IMG/VR virus record: IMGVR_UViG_3300027754_000055
Coordinates: 32,001 to 96,000 of that record
Length of the DNA: 64,000 bases
Reading direction: 5' to 3' (one strand)
From: a virus
The translations under genes and the position numbers were made by a program. The notes below the pieces were generated by a model. The model did not search any database, was not told the DNA's origin, and saw only the letters and a list, made by a program, of their open reading frames with translations. This document shows, piece by piece, positions 38,922-47,457 of the stretch; position 1 is the stretch's first letter, and every line of letters begins with the position of its first letter.

Positions 38922-39278
38922 ATGAGAACTATAATTGCAGGCTCAAGAGAGGCGTTTGAAAGTGATACCCTTGCTGGTATCAACTCATGCCCTTGGATGG
39001 CACAGATAAGCCTTGTGGTGTCAGGAACAGCACGTGGAGCAGACTACTGGGGAGAACGATGGGCAGAGGAAAATAAGATCCCAATCAAAAGGTATTATCC
39101 AGATTGGAATCGTCATGGAAAATCCGCTGGCCCTATAAGAAATCAAGAAATGGCTGAAAATGCCGATGCACTTATATGCATATGGGATGGAAATAGCAAA
39201 GGTAGCAAAAACATGATTGAAACAGCTAAAAAACAAGGAATCAAAATTCATATTCACATGATTAATAAAAATGATTAA
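38922..39278 (+). CDS. YspA/DUF2493-type SLOG protein
   Basis: IIAGSR, VSGTARGAD, AGPIRNQEMA, WDGNSKGS. Confidence 0.9.
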   Translation: MRTIIAGSREAFESDTLAGINSCPWMAQISLVVSGTARGADYWGERWAEENKIPIKRYYPDWNRHGKSAGPIRNQEMAENADALICIWDGNSKGSKNMIETAKKQGIKIHIHMINKND

Positions 39279-39552
39279 GCTAGAAATTGGAAAATTATAT
39301 AAGATATCTTTTCTTCCTTGGCAAACCATACATGCACAAGTAATATCAATATTTGAATCAAGCTCTGGTTACAAAAGAGTTGGTGATTTAGAGTTGCACC
39401 AATATTTTTTATTTTTAAAGGAATCAAAAATAGCAAACGACAAAATTATTTCTGATGATTGGTGCTGCATAAAAATTTTAACCAACACAGGAATCGTTGG
39501 ACATATCTTTTTCGAGCAATCTAAGATAATAATCAAAAAATATGAACTATAA
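39271..39552 (+). CDS. IGKLY/GxIGW paralog
   Basis: LEIGKLY...KILTNTGIVGHI. Confidence 0.8.
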   Translation: MIKLEIGKLYKISFLPWQTIHAQVISIFESSSGYKRVGDLELHQYFLFLKESKIANDKIISDDWCCIKILTNTGIVGHIFFEQSKIIIKKYEL

Positions 39553-40144
39553 AACAATTACCGATGAAGAGTTAGAAACAAGGCTAAATAAATCAATGTC
39601 AAACCTTGACTTATCCAGTTTTAATCTTGCTGGTAAAAAATTCAAAGATGTAGTTCTGTGCCGTGCAAATTTTAATAACTGCAATCTAGAAGGATCAGTG
39701 TTTGAAAATGTAAATTTATCATTCTCTTCTTTTAAGAGCGCAAGTTTAAAAAAAACACAATTTATAAACTGTAATCTATTTCGTACAGATTTATCCTATT
39801 CGGATTTAACAGAATCTAAATCTAATTCAAGAATGTTTTCGGTAAATTTAAAACGTGCAAATTTAATGAATTGTGATTTTAATGGATCTGATCTGGAAGA
39901 TGCAAACTTTAGTTTTGCCCAAAACACAAAAAAGAAACCGCAAATAGGGAAAATTTATAAACTACATAGAACATTCTGCTATAGGGTTAGTCCATACAGT
40001 TATAATATAATAAACGATGATTATGGAATGATCATTGAAGTTCATAAAAATAAAACATTCGACATGCTCTGTTCCGATAAAGTAATTAGAAATATTCCCA
40101 TGTGGGCAAATTACTCTTTACTAGTAAATAAAGAAACAGAATAA
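39542..40144 (+). CDS. Pentapeptide repeat protein with IGKIY-like C-domain
   Basis: Pentapeptide repeats then PQIGKIY. Confidence 0.75.
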   Translation: MNYKTITDEELETRLNKSMSNLDLSSFNLAGKKFKDVVLCRANFNNCNLEGSVFENVNLSFSSFKSASLKKTQFINCNLFRTDLSYSDLTESKSNSRMFSVNLKRANLMNCDFNGSDLEDANFSFAQNTKKKPQIGKIYKLHRTFCYRVSPYSYNIINDDYGMIIEVHKNKTFDMLCSDKVIRNIPMWANYSLLVNKETE

Positions 40145-40156
40145 TCATTATATCAA

Positions 40157-40333
40157 ATGGTTAAATTATACAAAGTTTTTCACTCAAACGTTTCAATACA
40201 AACCCTGGTTGCTATATTTGATAATCGAGTAATGGCGGAAGAATATATTAAGAAAAAAGGTGATCTTATTAAAGATGCCGAGAGAATTCTAATTGTTGAT
40301 ATAAGTCATATTCCACATAATCCAATAGCTTGA
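40157..40333 (+). CDS. Small hypothetical protein (58 aa)
   Basis: MVKLYKV...VAIFDNRVMAEEY; below ORF-track cutoff. Confidence 0.55.
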   Translation: MVKLYKVFHSNVSIQTLVAIFDNRVMAEEYIKKKGDLIKDAERILIVDISHIPHNPIA

Positions 40334-40364
40334 CTACGCTAATCAAATAGTATAGGCTCAGAAC

Positions 40365-40667
40365 ATGAATAAAAATTCAATATCTTACAAATGCTGGGTC
40401 CATTCTGACGCAGAAGCAAATGAAAAGCTTTCCCAATCATTGGTCGCAAATAATGCAAGAGAAGCAGCAGAAAAATTTGCTGAGTTCCATGCGGATTTTA
40501 AAAATAAAAAATTTAGCACGATTAAGATTGCAGTCAAAGAATCGAATAACCATTATGCAAATACGCTATATTATTTAGTTGATGTCGAAATTAAACCAGT
40601 TTTCAAAGCTAGTTTGTCTCTAGGGAAAGACGAGACACCAATTGATTATTACTTTGGTGAATTCTAA
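40365..40667 (+). CDS. Hypothetical protein
   Basis: Leaderless: TTGACT-17-TAGGCT-6-ATG. Confidence 0.75.
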   Translation: MNKNSISYKCWVHSDAEANEKLSQSLVANNAREAAEKFAEFHADFKNKKFSTIKIAVKESNNHYANTLYYLVDVEIKPVFKASLSLGKDETPIDYYFGEF

Positions 40668-40672
40668 ATCTT

Positions 40673-40939
40673 ATGCAAAATAATAAAAATACGCTCAAGG
40701 TCTGCGACCTAATTTTAGGAAAATTATATTTTTTAAACCATCATTCATTGAACATATTCAAAAGCATGACTGTAGGAGATTATGAGATTATTGGTAGTTT
40801 AAGTGAACTTGAACCTTTTTTACTATTGGGTCTGTCAGAAGTTATTAGTGATGATCGTTATTTTTCTTGCCGTATTTTGACAAAAACTGGCATTATAGGT
40901 TGGGTAGCTGTTACAATCAAGGAACTGCATTTTGCATAA
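40673..40939 (+). CDS. IGKLY/GxIGW paralog
   Basis: LILGKLY...RILTKTGIIGWV. Confidence 0.8.
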   Translation: MQNNKNTLKVCDLILGKLYFLNHHSLNIFKSMTVGDYEIIGSLSELEPFLLLGLSEVISDDRYFSCRILTKTGIIGWVAVTIKELHFA

Positions 40940-40951
40940 TATACTATTTAG

Positions 40952-41200
40952 ATGTCACGAGTATTTATGTTAAATATTGATGCAGTATACAAAGCAGTTG
41001 AAATCTTAAATAAAGAAGGCGATCTATCCGTTGAATACGTTGGATGTGATGGGGAATTGAAAAATCGATTCGTCGCTAAATCAAATGGCTACTCTTGTTT
41101 TGGCGCAACTGCACTAGAAGCAACACTGAAACTTTTCCGGGCAAGATACCCAAATATTGGATTAAATTTTTTTCATAAAAATGATGGCGGCTGGGTGTGA
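40952..41200 (+). CDS. Hypothetical protein
   Basis: ORF in operon. Confidence 0.65.
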   Translation: MSRVFMLNIDAVYKAVEILNKEGDLSVEYVGCDGELKNRFVAKSNGYSCFGATALEATLKLFRARYPNIGLNFFHKNDGGWV

Positions 41201-41495
41201 ACCATCAACAATATATTTTGTGAAAAGAAAAGAAAAAATAAGAAATGGCAAATTATATCTTTGCAAAAGCTCTTGGAATACATTGCCCATTACCAAAGAC
41301 ATCGAAAATGCCTACTCTTTATTTATAATTGAATCAATAATTGGATATATTATACCAGAGCATATGTTTGCCATTCTAGAACATAGAAACCATACAAGAA
41401 ATTCCGTAATATGCAAAGTCTTATCAGAAGATGGTATAATAGGTTGGTCAGTCTTTGATAAACAAGAACTAATATTAGTAAATCATCCTCAATAA
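41181..41495 (+). CDS. IGKLY/GxIGW paralog
   Basis: IRNGKLY...KVLSEDGIIGWS. Confidence 0.75.
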   Translation: MMAAGCEPSTIYFVKRKEKIRNGKLYLCKSSWNTLPITKDIENAYSLFIIESIIGYIIPEHMFAILEHRNHTRNSVICKVLSEDGIIGWSVFDKQELILVNHPQ

Positions 41496-41629
41496 TTCAG
41501 TATTAAATATTCTATTTATTGATATAATCAAAATGGTTTTATTGATTGGAAAATTGTACGAAATTAATGTTAAGAAATCATATTCATTCTATGCCTCAAA
41601 GAATAAATTTTTTGCATTTAGTCAATTAC

Positions 41630-42769
41630 TCACAGGACAAGCCTGTGAGCTTGTAAATCAGTTGCCCGATTCACGTCTGGGTGTTTGACTTCACCCTGTT
41701 CCAAAGTTTTATTTGGAAATAGTTGTTCGGAAATATAACGATCCCTTATATTAATTGCTGCATTTATATCCGAATTAATTAATAATTTACATCTTGAACA
41801 ATTGTAAAGACCTTTGTTCCTTGCTTGCTTATCAATCATTCCGCAACAAGAGCAAATCTGTGAAGTAAATCTAGCATCTACGAAGTTTATCTTTACTCCA
41901 CTTGCTTCTGCTTTATATTTTAAAAGCATTTCAAATTGTTTAAATCCCCAGTTTGAAACTACTTTATTTGATTTTTTGTTATATTTCTTGCTTTTTATTT
42001 TTGTTAAATTCTCTAAAACATAAATGGAAACATCAGGATCATTTGCTAGCTTTTTAGCTAGACAATGGAGAAAATTATTGCTAAACCGCTTCTCTTTTCC
42101 GCTTAATGCTTTTAATAGCCTTTTAGCAGAATGAGTGCCTTTTGCTTGTAATTTACTTTTTAAATACAAATGTTTTCTTTTATTTTTTCTTAACGATTTA
42201 CCAGAATACAATTCTCCTTCACTGGTTGCTATCGTATTTATAATTCCTCGATCTAATCCAACAGTTTTACCTGCTGCTCTGTTTGAAGTTTCTTTATTCT
42301 CAAACAAAAAAGTAAAATATAATTCTTTCCCTTTCAAGGAAAGATATCCTGTCTTTAAAAGATTCCAACTTTTAAAATAATCTTTCGAATAATCAGATAA
42401 TTTTATGATTGTTTTAATTCTTTTATTAACAGAAGAAATGGTTAATTGCTCTCCTCTTAAAGTAAAAGTTCTTTGATCATATCTTATCGAACTTGTTTGC
42501 TTCTTTTTGGGAATATGTTTCTTTCTTTTATTTTTACAAGACTCAAGAGCCATGTCTCTTGCAGCTTGGATCAAAGCAGTTGGTAATTCGAAAGTTTCTT
42601 TTGCTTGGATATATGTTTCTTTGTGTGCTTTGAGCTTTGAGGTTGAATTATTTTGAATGCTCCAAGCAGAATAGAAATTAAAAACATTAGCGAATGTTTC
42701 CATTGTTTTTAATAATGTATTTTTATCATTCTCTGAAATGTTGAGTTTGATTTTAATAGCTCTTCGCAT
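41630..42769 (-). CDS. tnpB: RNA-guided endonuclease TnpB (distinct clade from 221..1471)
   Basis: GLDRG, VLENL, NSDINA; CSCC/CSRC. Confidence 0.93.
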   Translation of the reverse strand: MRRAIKIKLNISENDKNTLLKTMETFANVFNFYSAWSIQNNSTSKLKAHKETYIQAKETFELPTALIQAARDMALESCKNKRKKHIPKKKQTSSIRYDQRTFTLRGEQLTISSVNKRIKTIIKLSDYSKDYFKSWNLLKTGYLSLKGKELYFTFLFENKETSNRAAGKTVGLDRGIINTIATSEGELYSGKSLRKNKRKHLYLKSKLQAKGTHSAKRLLKALSGKEKRFSNNFLHCLAKKLANDPDVSIYVLENLTKIKSKKYNKKSNKVVSNWGFKQFEMLLKYKAEASGVKINFVDARFTSQICSCCGMIDKQARNKGLYNCSRCKLLINSDINAAINIRDRYISEQLFPNKTLEQGEVKHPDVNRATDLQAHRLVL

Positions 42770-42788
42770 ATTTATAAGTATTAGCAAC

Positions 42789-43199
42789 ATGGAAAAAACT
42801 ACAAATAATCATACAACTCACATTCTTGGCTTTCATATTATTTTTTGTCCAAAATATAGAAGCATGCTTTCCGAAGGTCATTGTATTGCTTTGAGAAAAT
42901 GTTTTTATGAAATAGCAGAAGAATATGATTGGAAAATAGAAAGTTTAGAAGTTGACTTGGATCATGTAAACTTATTTATCCAAGCGAACCCTACAGATAG
43001 TCCGGCTGATATTGCCAGAACATTTAAAAGCATATCAGCTATATTTTTATTTACAAAATTTCCCAAATTAAAGGAAAGAAAGTTTTGGGGTTCTGGTCTA
43101 TGGTCGAGAGGGACATATTATTCAACTGTTGGCAAGGTTGCAGAAGACGTTGTAAGGAATTATATTGAATCGCATTCATCTCACAGGACGAGCCTGTGA
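42789..43199 (+). CDS. tnpA: Y1 HUH transposase TnpA (HUH reads HVN)
   Basis: HIIFCPKYR, DHVNL, FKSISA, LWSRGTY, VRNYIE. Confidence 0.9.
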   Translation: MEKTTNNHTTHILGFHIIFCPKYRSMLSEGHCIALRKCFYEIAEEYDWKIESLEVDLDHVNLFIQANPTDSPADIARTFKSISAIFLFTKFPKLKERKFWGSGLWSRGTYYSTVGKVAEDVVRNYIESHSSHRTSL

Positions 43200-43447
43200 G
43201 TTTTCTGCTCATATCAATAAAAATCTAATCATTTTATTTGATAGCGGAACCATTGGATTATATCTCGGTAGCACAAACGAACAAATTTTTGAAAGTGAAG
43301 AACCAGATCATATTTTTCTGATATCTGATAAAATTATTCATTTTTCATATTTTTTCCATGAGCATGTTAATTTCGTTCTTGTATCTGGACAAAATGTAAA
43401 AAATATTATCATTTGACAACCGAAAAAAATCTATATAATATCGTTAT

Positions 43448-43714
43448 ATGGAAAAATATATAACAGAATTTACAGAGCCTCATATCGAATCATTCCTAAG
43501 AAAAATGTATCATGAATTCTGGGACGAATGGCTCGGACAACTAATAATCGAACTAGATCAACAAGGATTCGATATTACTCATTTCCCAAATGATGATTAT
43601 ACAAGAAATGTAAGAAACCCTCACGCAATCCGCATCGGAAGAACTATTGCACTGGAAATGCAGCGCATGCAAGACAAAATTAAACAACTAGAAGAGAACC
43701 AAAATGGGCGTTAA
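43448..43714 (+). CDS. Hypothetical protein
   Basis: Leaderless: TTGACA-17-TAATAT-6-ATG. Confidence 0.75.
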   Translation: MEKYITEFTEPHIESFLRKMYHEFWDEWLGQLIIELDQQGFDITHFPNDDYTRNVRNPHAIRIGRTIALEMQRMQDKIKQLEENQNGR

Positions 43715-44039
43715 ACCAACAACTAAAATTAAATTCGGAGCAATATACTCCAAACAAGAATTAACTGATGCAAATATTGATCCTACATACTATGAAAACA
43801 ATAACTTTACCGTAAGCATCTCTCGAATAGACGATACCCATAAATATGTTTTATGGGCCTCCAATAGCTTTGTCGATATTACAAATGGATATGATTATCA
43901 ACAACCAATCCGGCCAATTCTTAAACTATATAAAACCGAAGAAGTACTGGAATTCATTAAAGAAATCAATGACTTTGTCACCGAAACAAAGCTACCGCAA
44001 AAAACGCCAGAAGCATTGATTATTGTAGAATTTAATTAA
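43704..44039 (+). CDS. Hypothetical protein
   Basis: Coupled ORF. Confidence 0.7.
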   Translation: MGVKPTTKIKFGAIYSKQELTDANIDPTYYENNNFTVSISRIDDTHKYVLWASNSFVDITNGYDYQQPIRPILKLYKTEEVLEFIKEINDFVTETKLPQKTPEALIIVEFN

Positions 44040-44172
44040 TTCTTTGGCGTTGTGATGGCAGTCTCAAGATTCTGCACAGCAACCTTCAAAGGACCAATAG
44101 ATTCCGCCGATGGGCCTTTGGAAGCCATCGTATCCACGACTTTTTTCAATTCACCAAATTCGTTAAATCCAG
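44036..44172 (-). pseudogene. Orphan C-terminal gene fragment beyond IS right end
   Basis: Open frame (S)GFNEFGELKKVVDTMASKG...TTPKN* not in frame with the gene on the other side of the IS. Confidence 0.55.
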
Positions 44173-45529
44173 GTGAACTACTCACAGGACAAGCCTGTGA
44201 GCTTCTAAAGAGTTTATCTCTAGAACTTTAAGCACTTCATCGGAAATTTCCAAGTTTGCACTTGGTTTTATATTTCCTCCATGCTCGTAATCGTTCGTTC
44301 CGAACGATCTATCAACAAGGTTTAAGCCTTGCTTAAGAATATTTTTTGATGCATTCCAATCCCTCTGTTGAACTACTCCGCAACCTTTGCAAATCCATTC
44401 TCTGTCCTTGAGTTTTAGATTTTGGTTGATGTAGCCACAGTCCGAACAAGTTTTAGAACTTGGAAAAAATCTATCAACTTTGATTAATGTTCTTCCGTAC
44501 CACTTGCACTTATATTCTAACAAATTAACAAAACTACTCCAAGAACTGTCTTGAATGGCTTTTGATAATTTATAGTTTTTCAACATGTTTTTAATACTTA
44601 AATCTTCTATACAAATCACTTGGTTTTCGTGAACTAATTTCGAAGAAAGTTTATGCTGAAAATCTTTTCGGAGATTGGTAATTCTTTCGTGAATTTTTGC
44701 TACTTTTAGCTTTTGTTTTTTTCTTCTATTTGAACCTTTCAATTTTCTTGAAAGATATTGCTGTTGTTTCTTTAGTTGGTTTGAATGCTTAACAAGATAT
44801 TTTGGATTCGATATCTCTTCTCCATTAGACAAAAAAGCGAAACTCTTGATTCCAAGATCAACTCCAACAGCATTGTTTATTTTTGGTAAGTTATGAATGG
44901 TTTCTTCTACAGAAATAGAAACAAAATACTTGTTGGTTGGTGTTTTGGTAATGGTTGAAGTTGTGATCCTGCCTTTGATTGGTCTGTGCTGTTTAATTTT
45001 AATTCCGGTTTTAAACTTTGGAATATGGAGCATTCCATTTTCGATTGAAAGGCTTTGCGGAATACAAATAGATTGTTTTCCAAATTTCTTTTTGAAATTT
45101 GGAAAACCACTTTGCTTTTTGAAAAATCTTTTGTAAGCAATATCTAGATTTTTAAGTGCTACTTGAAGGCTTTGTGAGTTTGCATCTTTTAAAAATTTAG
45201 TTTCTGGGTTTTGCTTTAAAAGAGTTAAAGCTTTTGCATTATCAAAATAAGAAAGAAAATTTTTTGTTCTTTCTTCTTCGATTTTTTCTTTATTTTTTAG
45301 AAAATGTTCTTTTTCTTTATTGAGAAAATAATTCCAAACAAAACGAGAACATCCAAACATTTTAGCAAACAAATTTTGCTGTTCTGTGTTTGGATAGATT
45401 CTAAATTGGTATGTTTTGTTTTGCAGAACCATTTACTTTATACCTAATATTAAGTATGGTGTAAATTTATTTTTCTATATGAATCGCATTCATCCCACAG
45501 GACGAGCCTGTGGGTTTTCTGCTCATGCA
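44173..45529 (-). mobile_element. IS200/IS605 tnpB-only element, copy 2
   Basis: 1357 bp near-identical to 124..1480; TTTAT at 45530-45534. Confidence 0.9.
44182..45432 (-). CDS. tnpB: RNA-guided endonuclease TnpB
   Basis: Differs from 221..1471 at two residues. Confidence 0.95.
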   Translation of the reverse strand: MVLQNKTYQFRIYPNTEQQNLFAKMFGCSRFVWNYFLNKEKEHFLKNKEKIEEERTKNFLSYFDNAKALTLLKQNPETKFLKDANSQSLQVALKNLDIAYKRFFKKQSGFPNFKKKFGKQSICIPQSLSIENGMLHIPKFKTGIKIKQHRPIKGRITTSTITKTPTNKYFVSISVEETIHNLPKINNAVGVDLGIKSFAFLSNGEEISNPKYLVKHSNQLKKQQQYLSRKLKGSNRRKKQKLKVAKIHERITNLRKDFQHKLSSKLVHENQVICIEDLSIKNMLKNYKLSKAIQDSSWSSFVNLLEYKCKWYGRTLIKVDRFFPSSKTCSDCGYINQNLKLKDREWICKGCGVVQQRDWNASKNILKQGLNLVDRSFGTNDYEHGGNIKPSANLEISDEVLKVLEINSLEAHRLVL

Positions 45530-45817
45530 ATAAAAACTGAAATCCGGCACAAATGCACTTATTTGGATAATTTTCTTGATCCTTTTACGTGGAATAGAAT
45601 CAGCAACAAAGAAATGGTTTGCTGATTTCTCTTGCATATTGATGCCTTCCATGTCTATTACAACAATAGAAAGATTCTGATGTTTTTCCATTAGCCGTGG
45701 ATCTTCCAATATCTCTTCCATTGCGACTCCAATAGAGTTTGTAAGTTTAGCTTGTGGATATATGCCAGCTGTCGTCAGCAATAAACCGGGGTTATTTGTA
45801 ACATGATAATAGATCAT
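45530..45817 (-). pseudogene. ART-fold-like protein gene truncated by IS
   Basis: MIYYHVT...GIYP...VID...IP...I pattern; AAGGA RBS. Confidence 0.55.
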
Positions 45818-45837
45818 TGATTATTTCCTTTCAAAGA

Positions 45838-46020
45838 TTATAGCGCATCGCTACGATATTTTAGAATTAGTTTTTCAAGCTCTTCACCGGCCCAGCCTCC
45901 AACCAGCATACCTGTATCAGCATTTCGACTGAGTAAAGGCCCATTTTGGTGCATTCCCCATGAACGAAGAGTGACGATTAACTCTGCTGCTGCCTCTAGA
46001 ATCTCGTTGTTATTATTCAT
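45838..46020 (-). CDS. Hypothetical protein
   Basis: Leaderless: TTTACT-17-TATGAT-6-ATG. Confidence 0.75.
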   Translation of the reverse strand: MNNNNEILEAAAELIVTLRSWGMHQNGPLLSRNADTGMLVGGWAGEELEKLILKYRSDAL

Positions 46021-46123
46021 AATTCCATCATATCAGAATGGGCAACAGAAGTAAATGGTTTAGTTGTTTTAACATGATTTACTTATTTTCACAATTGATT
46101 TTTCAACCATAACTGTTTCAACC

Positions 46124-46525
46124 TCAACTACCAAACAATCCATAACCACCAATATTGATGTAGCTGTTGCTCTCGACAATCTGATATTCAAACATTGTGT
46201 CTCCAAGTTTGCAGATAAACAAGAAGATCTGAGCAAACAGTTCTTGGTCAAGATAACAAGTATCTTGTTCAAGACCATCCTCATAAAAATCAAGAAACCC
46301 AAGATCCAAAAGCTTCGTCTTGTATTCTCGCTTCATGCGACAGTCTTCATATTGCTCGCAAACCTCATTAATAAAATCAAAACCAACAATAAATCTGCCA
46401 ACTTGATATGCCGCCAGCAACTCACCATTGGAAAGACTTGAGTTGATGACAACAGTTTGAGATTGACCATGCCCATCACCAGATGGGTCGCCCAGAATCA
46501 AATCAATGCGGTGTGTGTTATTCAT
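46124..46525 (-). CDS. Conserved phage hypothetical protein
   Basis: LGDPSGDGH...IGGYGLF; TTTACC-17-TATGAT-6-ATG. Confidence 0.8.
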   Translation of the reverse strand: MNNTHRIDLILGDPSGDGHGQSQTVVINSSLSNGELLAAYQVGRFIVGFDFINEVCEQYEDCRMKREYKTKLLDLGFLDFYEDGLEQDTCYLDQELFAQIFLFICKLGDTMFEYQIVESNSYINIGGYGLFGS

Positions 46526-46564
46526 GCATACATCATATCAGTTTGCGTTGGTAAGGTAAAGCAG

Positions 46565-46825
46565 TTAGCCTTCTTTACAGGGATTAATTTCCTCAATGCA
46601 ACCCTTGCACCATTCAGCGTCTTCTGATTCTGAATAGGCGACCCACCCAATGTTTCCATCGGCTGTTAGAATCTTACAGGATAATTTATCCTGTTCCAAT
46701 AGAACAAAAAGACTTTTTTCTGTGACATAAGAAACCTTGATTTCTTTGGGGTGAACAATTGTTTCTTTTGAAGGATAAAGCACCCAAAAATACTTTTTGA
46801 ACTGATACAAGCTACCGATCTTCAT
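46565..46825 (-). CDS. IGKLY/GxIGW paralog
   Basis: MKIGSLY...KILTADGNIGWV; close to 1698..1964. Confidence 0.8.
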   Translation of the reverse strand: MKIGSLYQFKKYFWVLYPSKETIVHPKEIKVSYVTEKSLFVLLEQDKLSCKILTADGNIGWVAYSESEDAEWCKGCIEEINPCKEG

Positions 46826-46874
46826 TTGTTTACCCGTTTATATTCTATAGCTTCCTTAAGCCTTTTATTCTTCC

Positions 46875-47414
46875 TCAGATTGCGGGGTGTGTAGGTAGCT
46901 TGTGTTCTGCTAGCATATCCAGATATTCTTTACCATCAACAAGATAACACTTGATTTGTGTGTGATTCATGGCCCAAACCCATTCACCACCAATCAATCC
47001 ACCAGCTTGAATGCCATATTTGATAATCGCTTGCAACATCTGATCTTCACGAATATCAAACAAACTATTATCTGCTGGATTGATTACTTTATAAGCTCTG
47101 CTGCCTTCCATGCGAACATCGATATCCGTAAGAATCAATCCCGTCATTGGTTTATTTGCAAGAACAATAGGTGTATATCCTGTTGAACCGTTAGATATTG
47201 GAGGAGCAATAAGATACCAATATCCTTTTGGAACCCAACAGCTTGGAGGCCCATAAGTCCATATAACATCTGCCCACTGTACGGCAGTTTCTTTTTGCTT
47301 GACAGAATCTGGATCAAAATATAATGTACTTTGAGGACCAGTAGATGTGATGTTGTGATTGATTGGCTGTTGAGCCAATCCAACGTTGTGAAGAATCTTT
47401 GTTCGCTTGCTCAT
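46875..47414 (-). CDS. Hypothetical protein
   Basis: TTGACT-17-TATTCT-6-ATG. Confidence 0.8.
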   Translation of the reverse strand: MSKRTKILHNVGLAQQPINHNITSTGPQSTLYFDPDSVKQKETAVQWADVIWTYGPPSCWVPKGYWYLIAPPISNGSTGYTPIVLANKPMTGLILTDIDVRMEGSRAYKVINPADNSLFDIREDQMLQAIIKYGIQAGGLIGGEWVWAMNHTQIKCYLVDGKEYLDMLAEHKLPTHPAI

Positions 47415-47457
47415 AGATTCAGAATATCAAAGAATATTGATAAAGTCAAGCAATATG

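Larger units (their letters stand above)
41621..43216 (-). mobile_element. IS605-group element with divergent tnpA/tnpB
   Basis: TTTAT target at 43217-43221 (minus); same LE/RE hairpins as 124..1480; RE ends TAATTGAC. Confidence 0.9.
41533..43416 (+). pseudogene. IGKLY-like gene split by IS605 (41533..41620 + 43217..43416, 95 aa)
   Basis: MVLLIGKLY...FAF|NKNLIILF joins in frame on excision. Confidence 0.8.

Noticed and set aside
43213-43217. TTGAT (ISDra2-type) as the IS target site
   Set aside because: Excision there gives an immediate stop, and the other three sites lack TTGAT; TTTAT fits all four
43165-43416. Listed 83-aa ORF as an independent gene (likewise 1..186, 28..237, 45416..45625, 62006..62218)
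   Set aside because: These frames run through IS end sequences; they are chimeric pieces of interrupted genes
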